64,000 nucleotides of DNA from Chiloscyllium plagiosum (lineage: Eukaryota), in the NCBI RefSeq assembly GCF_004010195.1, contig NC_057719.1, positions 92,891,946-92,955,945 on the forward strand. The letters are read 5' to 3'. This document shows positions 36,399-49,137 of this stretch, piece after piece; position 1 is the stretch's first letter, and the number at the start of each line of letters is the position of its first letter. Under the pieces are notes generated by a model. The model had not been told where the DNA came from, made no database searches, and saw nothing but the letters and a program-made list of their open reading frames with translations. Position numbers and translations under genes: made by a program.

Positions 36399-37100
36399 CC
36401 TAGCTCCCTGATTGTTTGCCTTAAATCCCTCATCCCATTTCGACCTATGTCGTTAGCACCTATGCGGGCCACAACTTGGGACTGCTCCCCTCTCCCTCGA
36501 GGATCCCAAAAACATGATCTGAGACATCATGACACCTGGTACATGGGATAAAACAGGCCAACCGCGAGTCTGTCTCGTTTCCACACAATCTCCTATCTCT
36601 CCTCCAATGCTGGATTCCCCAATGACTAACGACCTGCTCCTCGTCCCCCCTTACCTGCTGAAAAACAGTAGCAGACTCTGTGTCAGAGACCTATACCCCC
36701 ATGGGTTACCCTTGTTAAGTAACCGCCCCAAAAGTATCCGAAAGAGTATACTTGTTATTGCGGGGACCGGCCTCAGGGGCTCAATGTACTATCTGCTGGT
36801 TCCCTTTTCGTTCTCTGACAGTAACCCAGCTACCTTCTCCCTGTACCTAACATGTGACTACCTCCCTGTAACTTCTCTCTGTAATGTTCTTCGCCTCCCA
36901 AATAATTCGAAGTTCATCCAGCTCCAGCTCCATTTCCCTAACGTGGTTTTCAAGGGGCTGAAGTTGAGTGTACGTCCTGCAGAGCAATCAGCAGGGACAC
37001 TATTGCTGACTCTAACTTCCCACTTTCAACAGGAGGAGCATCCAACTGCCTTAACTGTCATTCCCACTGTTCTAAATTCCCATATAACCTATTGAAAAAA
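36399..37100 (-). mobile_element. CR1 ORF1 (esterase) 5' fragment
   Basis: Homologous to 2020-2410, extending into the CR1 ORF1 N-terminus. Confidence 0.7.
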
Positions 37101-37734
37101 AAGTAATGTTATCAATCCAGAGCACAGTTTTTTTTTGGTTTGAGGAGGGGGATGAGTGGATGATACCAGAAGAGTAGTGTTTTGGGTAATGCAACTGCAC
37201 AGATATATTACTACACTTGTACAGCCTTGCTGTGTCTGCTCCTGTTCAGCGTGCATTCCGTCTATACATGAGGTATGTTCTTTAAGTGCTCACATAGATT
37301 TTCGGCAGCATCCTGGTCGCTAGTCCTACTCTTCCTGCTGCACCTTGGCTCCAACCTACCCCAGTCCCAGTTCTTAACCAGGACAACATCTCCAGGTTCG
37401 ACAGCTGTCTCCCTCAAAGATAGGTTTGGTGTACCTGCGAATGTAAACTTTGATGAGCTTTGTTTAACTTATGCAGATATTTTCCCAGCTTTTTATGACT
37501 ATTTTAGCGGTAATATCTTTCTTTGGGATGGCTTAGATTTATCCACTAAATGTACCTCGTTTTACTAGACAATATTCATAACAATGTATTCAAGGTAGTT
37601 CTACACAATCAAGCTGTCGACAAGTAAAAGACTGACCAGGCAAGGGTGCAATTCCAGAGCTGCAGGGCATCCCTTTTCCAGCGTTCGTCTTTATACAGAT
37701 CAAACGTGCTTCAATTCTATTTTAGCAGAAGAAG

Positions 37735-37985
37735 AATTCTTACAGCGTGGGGACAGGTCCTTCGGCCCAACAAGTCCACACTGACCCTCTGACCACTATC
37801 CTATCCAAACCCATTCCCCTCCTTCAGTTTACGCCTGACTAATGCAGTGAATCTGTACACTATGGGCAACTTAGCAGTGCTAAATCACCTAACTGCATAT
37901 CTTTGGATTGTGGGATGAAATCGGGACAGCCGGAGGAAACTCACACAAACTCCGGGAGAATGTGCAAGCTCTACACAGTTAGCTG
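37735..37985 (-). mobile_element. Diverged HE1-type SINE
   Basis: ggtccttcggcccaacaagtccacac...ccggaggaaactcacacaaactccgggagaatgtgcaagct. Confidence 0.75.
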
Positions 37986-37999
37986 GTTCTGAAAATGTA

Positions 38000-40900
38000 G
38001 GTTGAGTCTCCAACTGGATCAGGCCAAGACTCCAAACATCACTGGCCCCAGTATCGAGACCGCACTGGGCCTTGTCACAAGATGGCACTGGGCCCAGTAT
38101 CGAGACAGCGCTGTGCTATGTCTCTAGACCAGACCTGTTCAAGTCGACTCCCCACACTAGGTGCAGTCCTCAGACTACACTGGTCAAGTATCTGCACCGT
38201 ACTGTGCCAAGTCTCCCGGCTGGACAAGGTCATGTCTCTAGACTGCAACAGCTACTTCTCCAGATCGTCTCAGTCCCAGACACCAGGCTGCACTACACTA
38301 AGTCTCCAGACCACACCAGGCTGAGTGTCCAGACTACTCCAGTAACAGCCTCCAGGATGCAATAGGACGAATCTCCAGACCGCATCGGATTCAATCTCCA
38401 CACCATAGCAAGCTGACTCAACAGATTGCACTGGGCCGAGGTTCCAGACTACACCAGTCGTGCCTTCAGACTGCACTAGGCAGAGCTGACACACCATACC
38501 AGACTCCTGGCTCAAACTCCAGACAACACTGGGTGAGTTTCCAGAATGCACTGAGCTCCGTCTAGAAGTTGCACTGGGCAGAGTGTCTGGACTGGACAAG
38601 GCCGAGACTACAGATTACACCGGACACAATCTCCAGACTGCACCGGGCCCAGATTCCAGACCACACCACACCCAGACGCTAGGCCTCACTGGGCCAAGTC
38701 TCCAGACTGTTATGCCCGAGTCCTCAGACCGCACCTGGCCCTGTCTCCAGAGCACGCTAGTCCCAGTTTGAAGACTGAATCGGGCCCAATTTCCAGACCA
38801 CAACCGTGCCCATCTCCAGACTGCACCAGGCCCAGATTCCAGACTGCACCTGGCTGAGTCTACAAGCCACACACAGCCAATCCTCCAGCTCACACTGGGC
38901 CAGTCTACAGACTGCAACGTGGATAGTTTTCAGACTGCACAGGACCTAATCTGCCAATCACGCTTGGCCCATTCTACAGATGGCATCAGGCACATTCGCC
39001 AGGACGTACCAGACCGAGTCTCTAGACTGTTCTGCGTCCAGTCTCCATATAGCGTTGGCCTAGTCTTCGGACTGCATGTGGACCAGTCAACAGCTATCAC
39101 CAGGTCCAATCTCCAGACTGCACCAGGCCGAATCTCCAAACCGCACCAGACCCAGTCTTCAGTCGATGCCTGACCCACTCTCCTGACTGCACTTTTCCCA
39201 ATCTCCAGACCGCACTGGGTCCAGTCTCAGGACCACACTGGGCGATATCACCGAAACGGACCCGTCCAGATATCCAGACAGCCAGTCTCTGGACTACATT
39301 GGGCTGTGTCTCCAGACTGCACTCTGACGAGTCTCTAGACTATACCGTGCGAGTCTTCAGACTGCACCCAGCAGAATGTCCAGACCACACAGGATCATTC
39401 TACACACAATACCCGGCTGAGTCTCCAATTGCATTGGGCCCCGGATTCCAAACTGACACAAGTACCCAGTCTTCTCACCAGACTGGGCTGGGCCTCCAGG
39501 CTGCACTGGGCCCAGTCAGCCGACAGCACTGGGCTTAGTCGATAGACACATAGGCCGAGTCTCCAGACTGCAACGGGCCCAGTCTTCAGACTGCACTGCG
39601 CAAGGTTCCCAGACTGCATCAGACCCAGTCTCCAGACCAAACTAGGCAAGTCTCCAGACTGAAACAGGCCGAGTCTCCAGATTGCACTAGGTTGAGTCTC
39701 CGGACCACACCGTATCATTCCCTAGACCTCACCGGGCCGAGTCTCCAGACTGCACTGGGCCCAGTATCCATAACGGCCCAGACCCAGTCTCCAAAACACA
39801 CCAAGATGAAACTCCAGATCGCGCTGGATCGTGTCTTTTGACTGCACCGGGCCAATTTTCCAAACCGCACACGGGGCTGTGTCACTGGCAGCTGTCTCTT
39901 GACTGGAATGGCTCGCTCTTGTCCCAGTCTCTGGACTGCAGCAGACTGGCATGCATCTCCAGACCACACATTGGGCTGTGTTACCAGACCGCACTGGGCC
40001 CAGTCTCCAAACCGTATCAAGCCCAGTCATCAGAATGCATTGGAATGGGCCATGTCTCAAGACCATGCCGGACACATTCGCCAGACTCCACTGGGCCGAG
40101 TATCCAGGCCACAACCATGCCCAGTCTGCAGATTGCACCGGCCCAGATTTCAGACCACACCTGATCCATTACCTTGGCCGCAACTGACTGATTTTCTAGC
40201 CCACACTGGGCCCAATCTCCAGACTGTAACATGTTCAGTTTCCAGACTGGGCAGGATGCAGTCTCCAGATGGAGCCGTGCCAAGTCTCCAGATAACATCG
40301 GGTCCAGTCTCAAAACCGCACCATTCCCAGTCACCAGACCAAGCAGGCCAAATCTTCAGAAGGCTCCAGGGCCAGTCAACCAAACTCCGTCTGGCCCAGG
40401 CACTGGACTGCACATGGCCGAGTCTCAAGATGCACTGGGCCAAATCATCACAATTGACCCGGCTGGGTGTCCTCACCACCACTCTCTGGACCACAACGGC
40501 CATCGTCTCCTAAATGCACGAGTCAGAGTTTCCAGACTGAACTGGGCCCAGTCTCCAGACCACACCGGGGCTAGCCCCCAGACCACACAGGGCCCAGTGT
40601 CCAGACTGCAGGTAATGGAGTTTCCAGATTGAAGCGAGAACAGTCTCCAGAACACACCAGGCACAGTCAACAGACCATACTGGGCCTAGGTCTCTAGACC
40701 GCACCAGGCCAAGTCTTCAGAGGACGGCAGACCCAGGCTCCTCACCAGACTGAACGGAGTCTGCAGAGCTTAGAGGGACAAAGCTCCACACTATGCGTTG
40801 CTGGATCATCAGAATACACCAGGACAAGTCTCAAGACGCAATGGGCTCAGTCTCCAGACTGGATTAGGCCAGGTCTCCACACTGCCCCGTGTTGAGACTC

Positions 40901-43445
40901 CAGGCCACACCAGGCCTAGTCTTTCGACTGCATTGTGCCGCATCTCCAACCAGGACTTTCCCCAGTCTCCAGAGTGCGCCTTACCCAGTCTCCAGACTGC
41001 AGTGAGCCCAGTATCCAGACAGCGTTAGGCCCAGTCTCCAGACTGCAAGGTGCTGCCTTACCAGAATTGGGCCAAGTCTTCCAATGGCACTGGCCTTAGT
41101 TTCCAGGCCACTCAGCACCAGGCCCAGTCTCCAGACCAAACCAGGCACAGTCTTTAGACTGAAGGGAACGGAGTTTCCAGAGTGAAGCGGGAACAGTCTT
41201 CTGACAGTAGCAGGCCCAGTCTCCAGACTGGACGATACTGAGTCACCAACGCACACTGGGCCCAGTCTCCAGACTGCACGAGATGAGTCTCCAGACCATA
41301 CGAGGCCGAGTCGAGGCTGCAGATTACATGAAGTCCAGACTCCAGAGCACACCGAGCCATGTCTAAGGACCACACTGGTCTGTGTCTCCAGACTGCACCG
41401 GGCCCAGTTCCCAGACGGAACGGTGGCCAGTCTCTTGACCTCACCGGTACTAGTTTCCATACCGCATCTGGCTGAATCTCCAGACCACAGTGGGCCCAGT
41501 CTCAAGACCGTGCCGCATCCAGCCTCCATATTACACTCATCCCAGTCTGCAGACTGCAGCAGACTGAGCCTCCAGACTATACGAGGCTGAATGTCAATAT
41601 TGTAAGAGGAAGAATCTCCAGACTGCACTGCGATGATTCTCCAGATTTCACCACTCCCAATCTCCAGACCACACTAGGCCCAGTCTCCAGATCACACCGG
41701 ACCCTGCCTCCAGACCGGTTCAGGCACAGTCTGCACACTGCACTGGGCTGAGATTCCAGACTGCATAAGACCCAATCTCCAGACCACACCAGGACCTGTC
41801 TCCAGACTGAATTGAGACGACTCTCCAGACAGCACACTCTCCAGTCTTCAGATCGCGCCTTACACAGTCTTCAGACTGTGCTGGGTCAGATTTCAGACCA
41901 CACCAGGCGTGTTTCCAGACCGCACTGGGCCCAGTCACCACACAGCACCAGGCCAAATCTCCAAACCACACTGGGTCAAGGCTCCAGACTGTATTGGGCT
42001 GAGTCTCCAGACAGCACCTTCCCTAGTCTCCAGACTGCATTTTACACAGTCTCCAGATTCCAGTAGGCTCAGTCTCCAGACAGCGTCAGGCCCAGCCTCC
42101 AGAGTGCACGTTGCTGCCTCACCAGAATGCATTAGCTCAATCGTCCAATGGCACCGGGCCTCGTTTCCAGGTCACACCGGAACCAGTGTCCAGACAGCAC
42201 CGTGCAAAGGCTCCAGATTGCACAGTGCACAGTGTACAGACCGCACCAGGCACAGTCTCGAGAATGCACCGGGCCAACTCTCCAGTCTCGACCGGGCCAA
42301 TACTCCAGATTACTACGGGCCCAGTCTCCAGACTACACCGGGCTCAGTCTCCAAGCAATTCCGGACATAGATTCCAGCGTGCACCAGGCCTAGAAACCCG
42401 ACTGCACTAGACAGAGTCTCCAAAACGCAGTGGGCTCAGTCTCTAGACTGCACTGGGCCCAGTCTCAGGACCACACCTGGCCAAGTCTCCAGACTACAGA
42501 TTGTCCAATTACTGGACCAGACTGGGCTGAAACTCTAGACCACAATGGGTGCAGTCCACAGAAAACCTCGGGCTGAGTCTTCAGACTGAACGTGTCTGAG
42601 TCTCCAGACCACACCAGGTCCAGTCTCCAGTTCATGCCAGACCGAGTGTCCAGACCACACTGGACCCTGTCTCTAGTTTCCAGTCTGCATTGGGCCGAGT
42701 GTCCAGACAGCACAATCTCAAGTCTCCAGAGCACATCGGGTCCAGTCTCCAGACCGCATCTGACAAGACTCCATACTGCACAGGCTACAGTCTCGACACT
42801 GCACTTGGACGAATACCCAGACTGGAGCAGGTGAGGCTGCAGACTGCAACAGGCTCAGTCTCGTGACTGCGCTGTTCCCAGAGTGCACGTTGCTGCCTCA
42901 CCAGAATGCACCAGCCCGAACTGGGCCAAGTCTCCAGACTGCTCTAGACCCTGTCTCCGGAATGTGCTGGTCCCAGTCTCCAGACTGGACCGGGCCCAGT
43001 CTCCAGAGGAGCCTAGGCCCAGTCTCCACACCACTCCGGGGCGAGACCCCAGAAAGCACTGGGCCATGTCTCCAGATTACGGCGGGCCCAGTATCCAGAC
43101 GACACCAATCCCAGTCTGCAGATTGCAATGGGCAAAATCTCTAGGTCGGACCCAGCCCAGCCTCCAGACTACGCCAGGCCCATCCTCAGACGGCACCTGG
43201 CCCAGTCTTCATTCCGTCCCGGACCAAGTCTCCAGACCACACTGGGCCCAGTACCCAGACCACACTGGACCCATTCTCCAGACCACACTGGGCCGAGTCT
43301 CCAGACTGCATCGGCCCCACTATCCAGTGCAGCCCAGACCAATTTTCCACACTGCAACGGGCTAAGACATCAGACTACACGTTGATGTATTTCCATACCA
43401 CACTGGGTCATGTCTCCACATCACACAGGGCCCGGTATCCAGAAA
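38000..43445. repeat. 23-bp minisatellite array (gggcccagtctccagactgcact), ~5.4 kb, inside the GPCR intron
   Basis: Continuous degenerate tandem units; the many overlapping ORFs here are repeat artefacts. Confidence 0.95.
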
Positions 43446-43949
43446 TCACCAGGCTTCAAAACTCACGGCATTTCCTCCCCTTGAGGACTCCAGTCTTCAA
43501 GTCAACTTCTGATCCCGGGCTCGATTCCTCTCCGAGTAACAGTGTAAAGTTAGAATTTTGGTGAGAATCCCTTCAGAAAACAGAGAAGAAACGAAAAAGA
43601 TAAAATGAGCGCTCGGAGCAGAGACGCTCCAGCTGGAAGATTCCGTCTGGCCCGCCGTCTAAAGGACATTTCAGGGCTGCTTCATTTTTCAATTAATTAT
43701 TTTTAAGACTTGTAGCTTTGTCCATTCCTACGCAATGCTCCCCCTGAAGTATTTAGAGAACAAGATGCACACACCTCTTGCTAGACTGTATCATGCCATA
43801 GTTTGTTTCAAGAATTTATAATCCATTCTCACGGCAATTTGGGACAGTACTTCAAAAAACATTGAAATTGTGAGAAAGTGAAATATAATTCATCTCAAAC
43901 TCTTCAAATGTGCTTCACTCAGAGTAGCCTGTATTGTATAAAACTGTAG

Positions 43950-44432
43950 CTCTGTGGTCTGCATAACTCCCATTGCTAGACAGATATCTAGTCAAGGTAT
44001 ATGGATTAATGCATGGCTGTGATCTGCATAGCTCCTGATGCTGGACAGATATCCATTCCCGGTTTATAGATCAATGCGCTGCTGTGGTCTGCATAGCTCC
44101 AAGTGCTGGATAGATATCATGTCTGGGTTTATAGATCAATGCACTGCTGTGGTCTGCATAACTACAAGTGCTGGACGGATATCTAGTCCAGGTTTAGAGA
44201 TCAATGCACTGCTGTGGACTGCACAGCTTTCCAGGCTGGACAGATATATAGTCCGTGTTTGTAGATCAATGCACTGCTGTGGTCTGCATAGCTCTCTGTG
44301 CTGGACAGCTCTGAAGTCCGAGTTTATAGATCAACGCACTCCTGTGGACGACGGAATTTTCCAATCACGACTGATTGCTGGGTTGGAACGAGTAGAGCTT
44401 GGTCTGCACAGTGCTCTGTGCTGAACAGATAT
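43950..44432. repeat. 65-bp tandem repeat, ~6 full units plus partial copies
   Basis: The gcata/gcaca anchor recurs at 43961, 44026, 44091, 44156, 44221 and 44286 (exact 65-bp period), with a partial copy at 44406. Confidence 0.93.
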
Positions 44433-44952
44433 GGTGGCTTTATGGTGTGTGGCCTGCTTCTGTGAGGTGGATTGATAATGAGATTTAACGAACCATTTTA
44501 TTTGATCTGGTAATGCCTTGATGTTATGCTCTCATTTTTGTGATTCTACGCTCCAGCACACACTCCAGTGGTGTTGCAGACTAACGATGCACGTACATCA
44601 TGATGGAGAGTACCGTTTGTCCTGGAAGCAGACTCAATATCTTTATTCAGAAACAGGAAGGCGTTTTCATCATCTTCAGGTCTCCAAATAAAAAGAAAGG
44701 ATAGTGTATCGGATAAAAGTCATCCTTTTGATACATAGCTCAAAACACCCTCCCTCTCACATTCCCCAGTGCCAACCAACCACCTAAAAATATTCAGTGT
44801 GTCCTGAGAGCAATGGGACCACTGGGAACATCAGGGAGCGGACCATCAGGGAGGTCTTGCAATACATATAATGTCTGAACGGGTCAGAGTGATCCCTCCA
44901 GTACACACTGTATCACTAAGTCCTGTAATCTCACTCCACTTGTGTAATATAA

Positions 44953-45320
44953 TGGGTGACACGGTGGCTCAGTGGTGGGCAGCATGATGGCTCAGTGGTT
45001 AGCACCGTTGTCTCACAGCACTCGGAACCCAGGTTTGATTCTGGCCTCAGGCGACTGTCTGTGTGGAGTTTGCACATGCTCACCATGTCTGCGTGGGTTT
45101 CCTCCAGGTACTCTGGTTTCTTCCCTCAGTTCTTAAATGTGCAGGTTAGGTGAATTGCCCATTCTAAACTTCTCCTCGTATTCAGTGATGTATAAGTTGG
45201 GTGGGTTCATCAGGGGTAAATGCAGCGTAATGGGGAATGCATCGGGGAGAGCTCATTCTTGGAGGGTCGGTGTGAATTTGTTGGACTGATGGGCCTGTAT
45301 CCACACTGTAGGGATTCCAT
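44953..45320 (+). mobile_element. HE1-type SINE with duplicated 5' A-box head
   Basis: gggtgacacggtggctcagtggt followed by gggcagcatgatggctcagtggttagc, then the HE1 core and tail. Confidence 0.85.
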
Positions 45321-47134
45321 ATGGCCTTTCATTCTTCCTAAATAATTCACCGGTTAACTGTTTTCCGTGTGATATTCCATCTGTCAAGTTGTTGCCTATT
45401 GCTTATCCAGTTGCATAGTCTCTACCTCCTCTTGATAACTCAATTTCCTGTCTACCTTAGTGTTATTGACTAATGTAATTGGAATACATTTATCCCATGT
45501 ACATAAAAAATTGATATGCGAGGACCCAGCAATGGTCACTGTGTCACAATACTCATTACTTCCTGTTGAACTAATAAAGGTTAATTTATCTATGCTTCTG
45601 GCTCAGTAAAAAATCCTCCCGTATTCCTGCGTAGCAGCTTTGAAAGGCTGAACATTCACTTTCATTTCCTGTGTAACAGGCATGAAAGCTGAAAGATTTT
45701 CTCCAATTCCTGAATAACAGTCTGGAATGGCCGAAAGGTACTCATTCTATTCCTGTTTAAAACTCTTGATGGGCTGAATAGCCTGCTTCAATATAGGTGT
45801 ACTTGTGAATGGTGCTGAACATTTTGGAACCATCAGTGAACAGCCCACTTCTGACTTTCTGATACGGGGAAGGTCAATTGATGCTGCACCTTCTGATAGT
45901 CCACAGTGCCTCATGGATGCCCAGTTTCCATTTGCTCCTGCCTTTAGAAGTAAGTCCCACTTCACAGGAGGTGGTATCACAAAACGCAGTGGGCAGCATT
46001 TTCGATATGAGGCTGAGACCTTCCCACTACCAGGACTGCGTGATGGCTGCTCCTACAAATTTGGTTAGGGACAGATTCATCTGCGACAAGAGGTTTGGTG
46101 AGAATGTTTTCCTCTTGTTGGTTCTCCCATCACTTCCCACAGTCTGGCTGCTCTGTATTTAAGGCCTCTCCCTGCTCAGTCAGTGGAGCCCTGTGGGACA
46201 CTCTTGGTGATAGACATTCAAGTTCCAGACCCAGAGTACGTTTAGTTTCCTTGCCATCTCCAGTGCTTCCTTCGATTTGTTTATAACATCGAGGTTTCTG
46301 AGTTATCACTGACGGATGGTGTCTAGGGCAGTGGGTGTCCATCATCAGGAGATATCTTGGCCATCTGCGACATGTTACTATGACGTTTCCCGGTGTCTGG
46401 AATCAATGTTGGGGAATTCCAGGGCATCTCCTTCCGCGACTGCAAACCACGGTGGCCCCATGGTGGGTCTGTCCTACCAAAAGGAGAGGATATACCCAGG
46501 GATGATGATGGGATTTCATGAAATATTACAAATCCGACATGATTTTGTGAGTATGACAATATGAGACTGTTTTCTGACCGCGTCAATATGAGGAAAAAGA
46601 TAACAATGGAGCAGGGAATAGAGGTTTAAAAAAAGCTGAATGAAAGACATTCTGAGTGTGTTTTGTATTCTCAAAACAATAAGTAAATCACTGCATATAT
46701 TGAGGGAAATAGACATGACTTAACGGCATTATAGAGACTTGGTTACAGGATAACCAACATTAGGAAATGAATATCAAGAACAGTTTACACCTGCAAGTGT
46801 AAGACCGAACTGAAAAGGGGTTGGGCGAAGATATCTGACGAAGTGATGTCATTTGTATGTTTATAAAAGAGGATCTTATATCAAGCAATTGAGATAATAT
46901 CTTATTCATACTGTTTTTGTGTACAATGTGCAGGTTGAGTGGAGTTTGGGGAGAGAATCCACCGTGAGTCTGAGTGAGTCGCACAAAACTCAATGGGCAG
47001 AAGGTCCTTTGTGATCTGCGACTTTATGATTCTATCACATTCTGTTCCCGGCATTTCCCGGAATATTCGAAAACTGACATTCTCCAGAGCAATCTGCACC
47101 CGACCTTCTCTGGAGCAATCCGTACCCAACATCC

Positions 47135-47470
47135 ATAGAATCACGACAGTGTAGAAACCGGCAATTAGGCCCAACAAGCAAATACCAACCCTCTGATGAG
47201 TAACTGCCCTGACCCAAACCCTTATCCTTTATTCTACATTGAAGCCTGACTAATGTACCGAGCTTACACATCCCTGAACACTATCGGCAATTTAGCATGG
47301 CCATCCACATAAACTGCACATTTTGGATTTCGGGAAGAAACCAGAGCACCTGGAGCAAACCCACATCACATGGTGTGAATGTGCAAACTCCACACAGACA
47401 GATGCGCAAGCCTGTAATCGAACCCTATCCCTGGCGCTGTGAGGCAGCAGTGGTAACCGCTGAGCCAATT
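47135..47470 (-). mobile_element. HE1-type SINE, diverged
   Basis: gtgcaaactccacacagaca...cctggcgctgtgaggcagcagtggtaaccgctgagcca. Confidence 0.8.
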
Positions 47471-47473
47471 TAC

Positions 47474-47565
47474 CAGACATTACCTAGGGCTATGGCAGTG
47501 GCGGATCAATGGGTTATGATATTGAGGCATATTCCCATTGTTCATTGGAAACAGTTTTATTTCCA
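47474..47565 (+). pseudogene. Fragment of a paralogous GPR139-like exon 2 (TM2 region) inside the intron
   Basis: AMAVADQWVMILRHIPIVHWKQFYF versus AMAVADLLVIILDLILRHIPIVFEETFYF in the intact exon. Confidence 0.8.
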
Positions 47566-48133
47566 AGTGGCCATTATTTGTGAACGGTCGGAGTTAATTG
47601 AATAAAAGATAATATCACGATGGAAGATATCCCGTTGCAAGAAGAAGCCGACACTGCTTCAAAGATCCCTAAAGCAGTTAAAGGGGTGGACACAAGTTCC
47701 GGCGTTAAAATTTCATCAACGGCAGAGGATCGAGTATAATTTACACCAAAAGACAGAAATTTACATATTCTGTTTGTCTCCAAAGAGTATTTGAGAGAAT
47801 CATGCAGATTGCAACGTTTTCACCCTCCATGTGAGGAACTGGAACGAAGTGACCTGTGTCTGGTCTCAAGTGATTGAGTGTGTTGGAATGCTCTCGAAAC
47901 CATCTGTTCTTATGGATTTTTCTCTGTGTGTTTTTTGGGGCGGGAGGTTTTCTTGTATTTTATGACACATTATTGTCAGTAATGCAGACCTTCCCAATTG
48001 TTATTTTAGCTCCAATTATTTTAATAAATCCCTGAATACAGTGACACATTTGAAAATCTCACTGAGTCCTCAATAAAACTGGTCACTTTGCCTCCAGGCT
48101 GATGGATAATGTGTTTGTTTTCCTTCCCCACAG

Positions 48134-49041
48134 TTAACGTAGTGACGATCTATGTCCTGTTTTATAAAGATTGTGGATTGTCTCCATGTGTCAGACGTTA
48201 TTTGGGGGCCATGGCAGTGGCGGATCTGCTGGTCATCATCCTCGACCTGATATTGAGACACATTCCCATTGTTTTTGAGGAAACGTTTTATTTCCTGAAG
48301 ACCATCCCTGTGTGTAATATCCACGCCGTCCTGCTTTATGCAGCCACTGACTGTTCTGTCTGGTTCACCGTCGCTTTCACCTTTGATCGATTTGTGGCAA
48401 TTTGTTACCAGAAGCTGAAAAGTAAATATTGCAATGAGAAAACAACGGCTGTGGTTCTGGGAGCAGTGACTGCCCTGAGTTGTTTAAAGAACATTTTCTG
48501 GTATTTTATGCTCACAGCTCGGTATCAGCTGGGGAACCTGCCCTGGTTTTGTGAGGGAATAGAAAACGTTCTATCCTCTCGTGTCTGGGCCATAATCGAG
48601 TTCCTCCACCACATTCTAACCCCGGGTGTCCCATTTCTCCTGATTCTGCTCCTCAATGTTCTCACTGTCAGACACATTTTAGTGACCAGCAGAGCCCGCA
48701 GGAGACTCCGAGCTAACACCAATGGGGACACTCAGTCTGACACAGAAATGAAAAACCGAAAAAAATCCATCATTTTACTGTTTGTGATCTCAGCCAATTT
48801 CATCCTGTTATGGTCAACGTTAATGGTGTATTGTATATGGGAACGGATGTATAATATTGGGTTTGATTATGTGTATCTCCATCCCTTTGTGCAGGAATTG
48901 GACTTCATGCTGCAGCTCCTCAGTTGCTGCACAAACACAGCGATTTATGCCGTGACCCAGACTAAGTTCAGACAGCAGCTGAAGAATGTGGTGAAATATC
49001 CCTTTACCCAAATTAATCAAGCAATCAAGTTCACTCATTAA
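48134..49041 (+). CDS. GPR139/GPR142-like class A GPCR, coding exon 2 (rest of TM1 through TM7 and C-terminus)
   Basis: Acceptor tttccttccccacag|TT completes a phase-1 GTT codon with exon 1. Motifs: AMAVADL (TM2), FTFDRFVAIC (TM3), FILLW (TM6), SCCTNTAIY (TM7). Open to TAA at 49041; spliced product 374 aa from ATG 31802. Confidence 0.93.
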
Positions 49042-49137
49042 TCAGCGCATCCGGGATATTCTCATTTCCATTCAAATTTTCAGCTTGTCACAATGGTAAC
49101 GGACTGAGGGTAGCCCTGGTTTTTCCAATCTTATCCC

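Noticed and set aside
36529..37095. 188-aa plus-strand ORF
   Set aside because: Antisense of a CR1 ORF1 fragment.
38072..43385. Numerous 60-215 aa ORFs on both strands
   Set aside because: Artefacts of a stop-poor minisatellite whose 23-bp period is not a multiple of 3.
38000..44432. CRISPR-like appearance of the palindromic 23-bp and 65-bp repeats
   Set aside because: Units are head-to-tail with no unique spacers, there are no cas genes, and the context is vertebrate.
46902..47177. 91-aa ORF with a hydrophobic N-terminus
   Set aside because: Starts inside an HE1 SINE tail and shows no recognisable domain.
48109..48133. ATG at 48109 as the start of a single-exon GPCR
   Set aside because: This is the polypyrimidine tract and acceptor. 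TM1 would be incomplete, and a phase-matched exon 1 exists.
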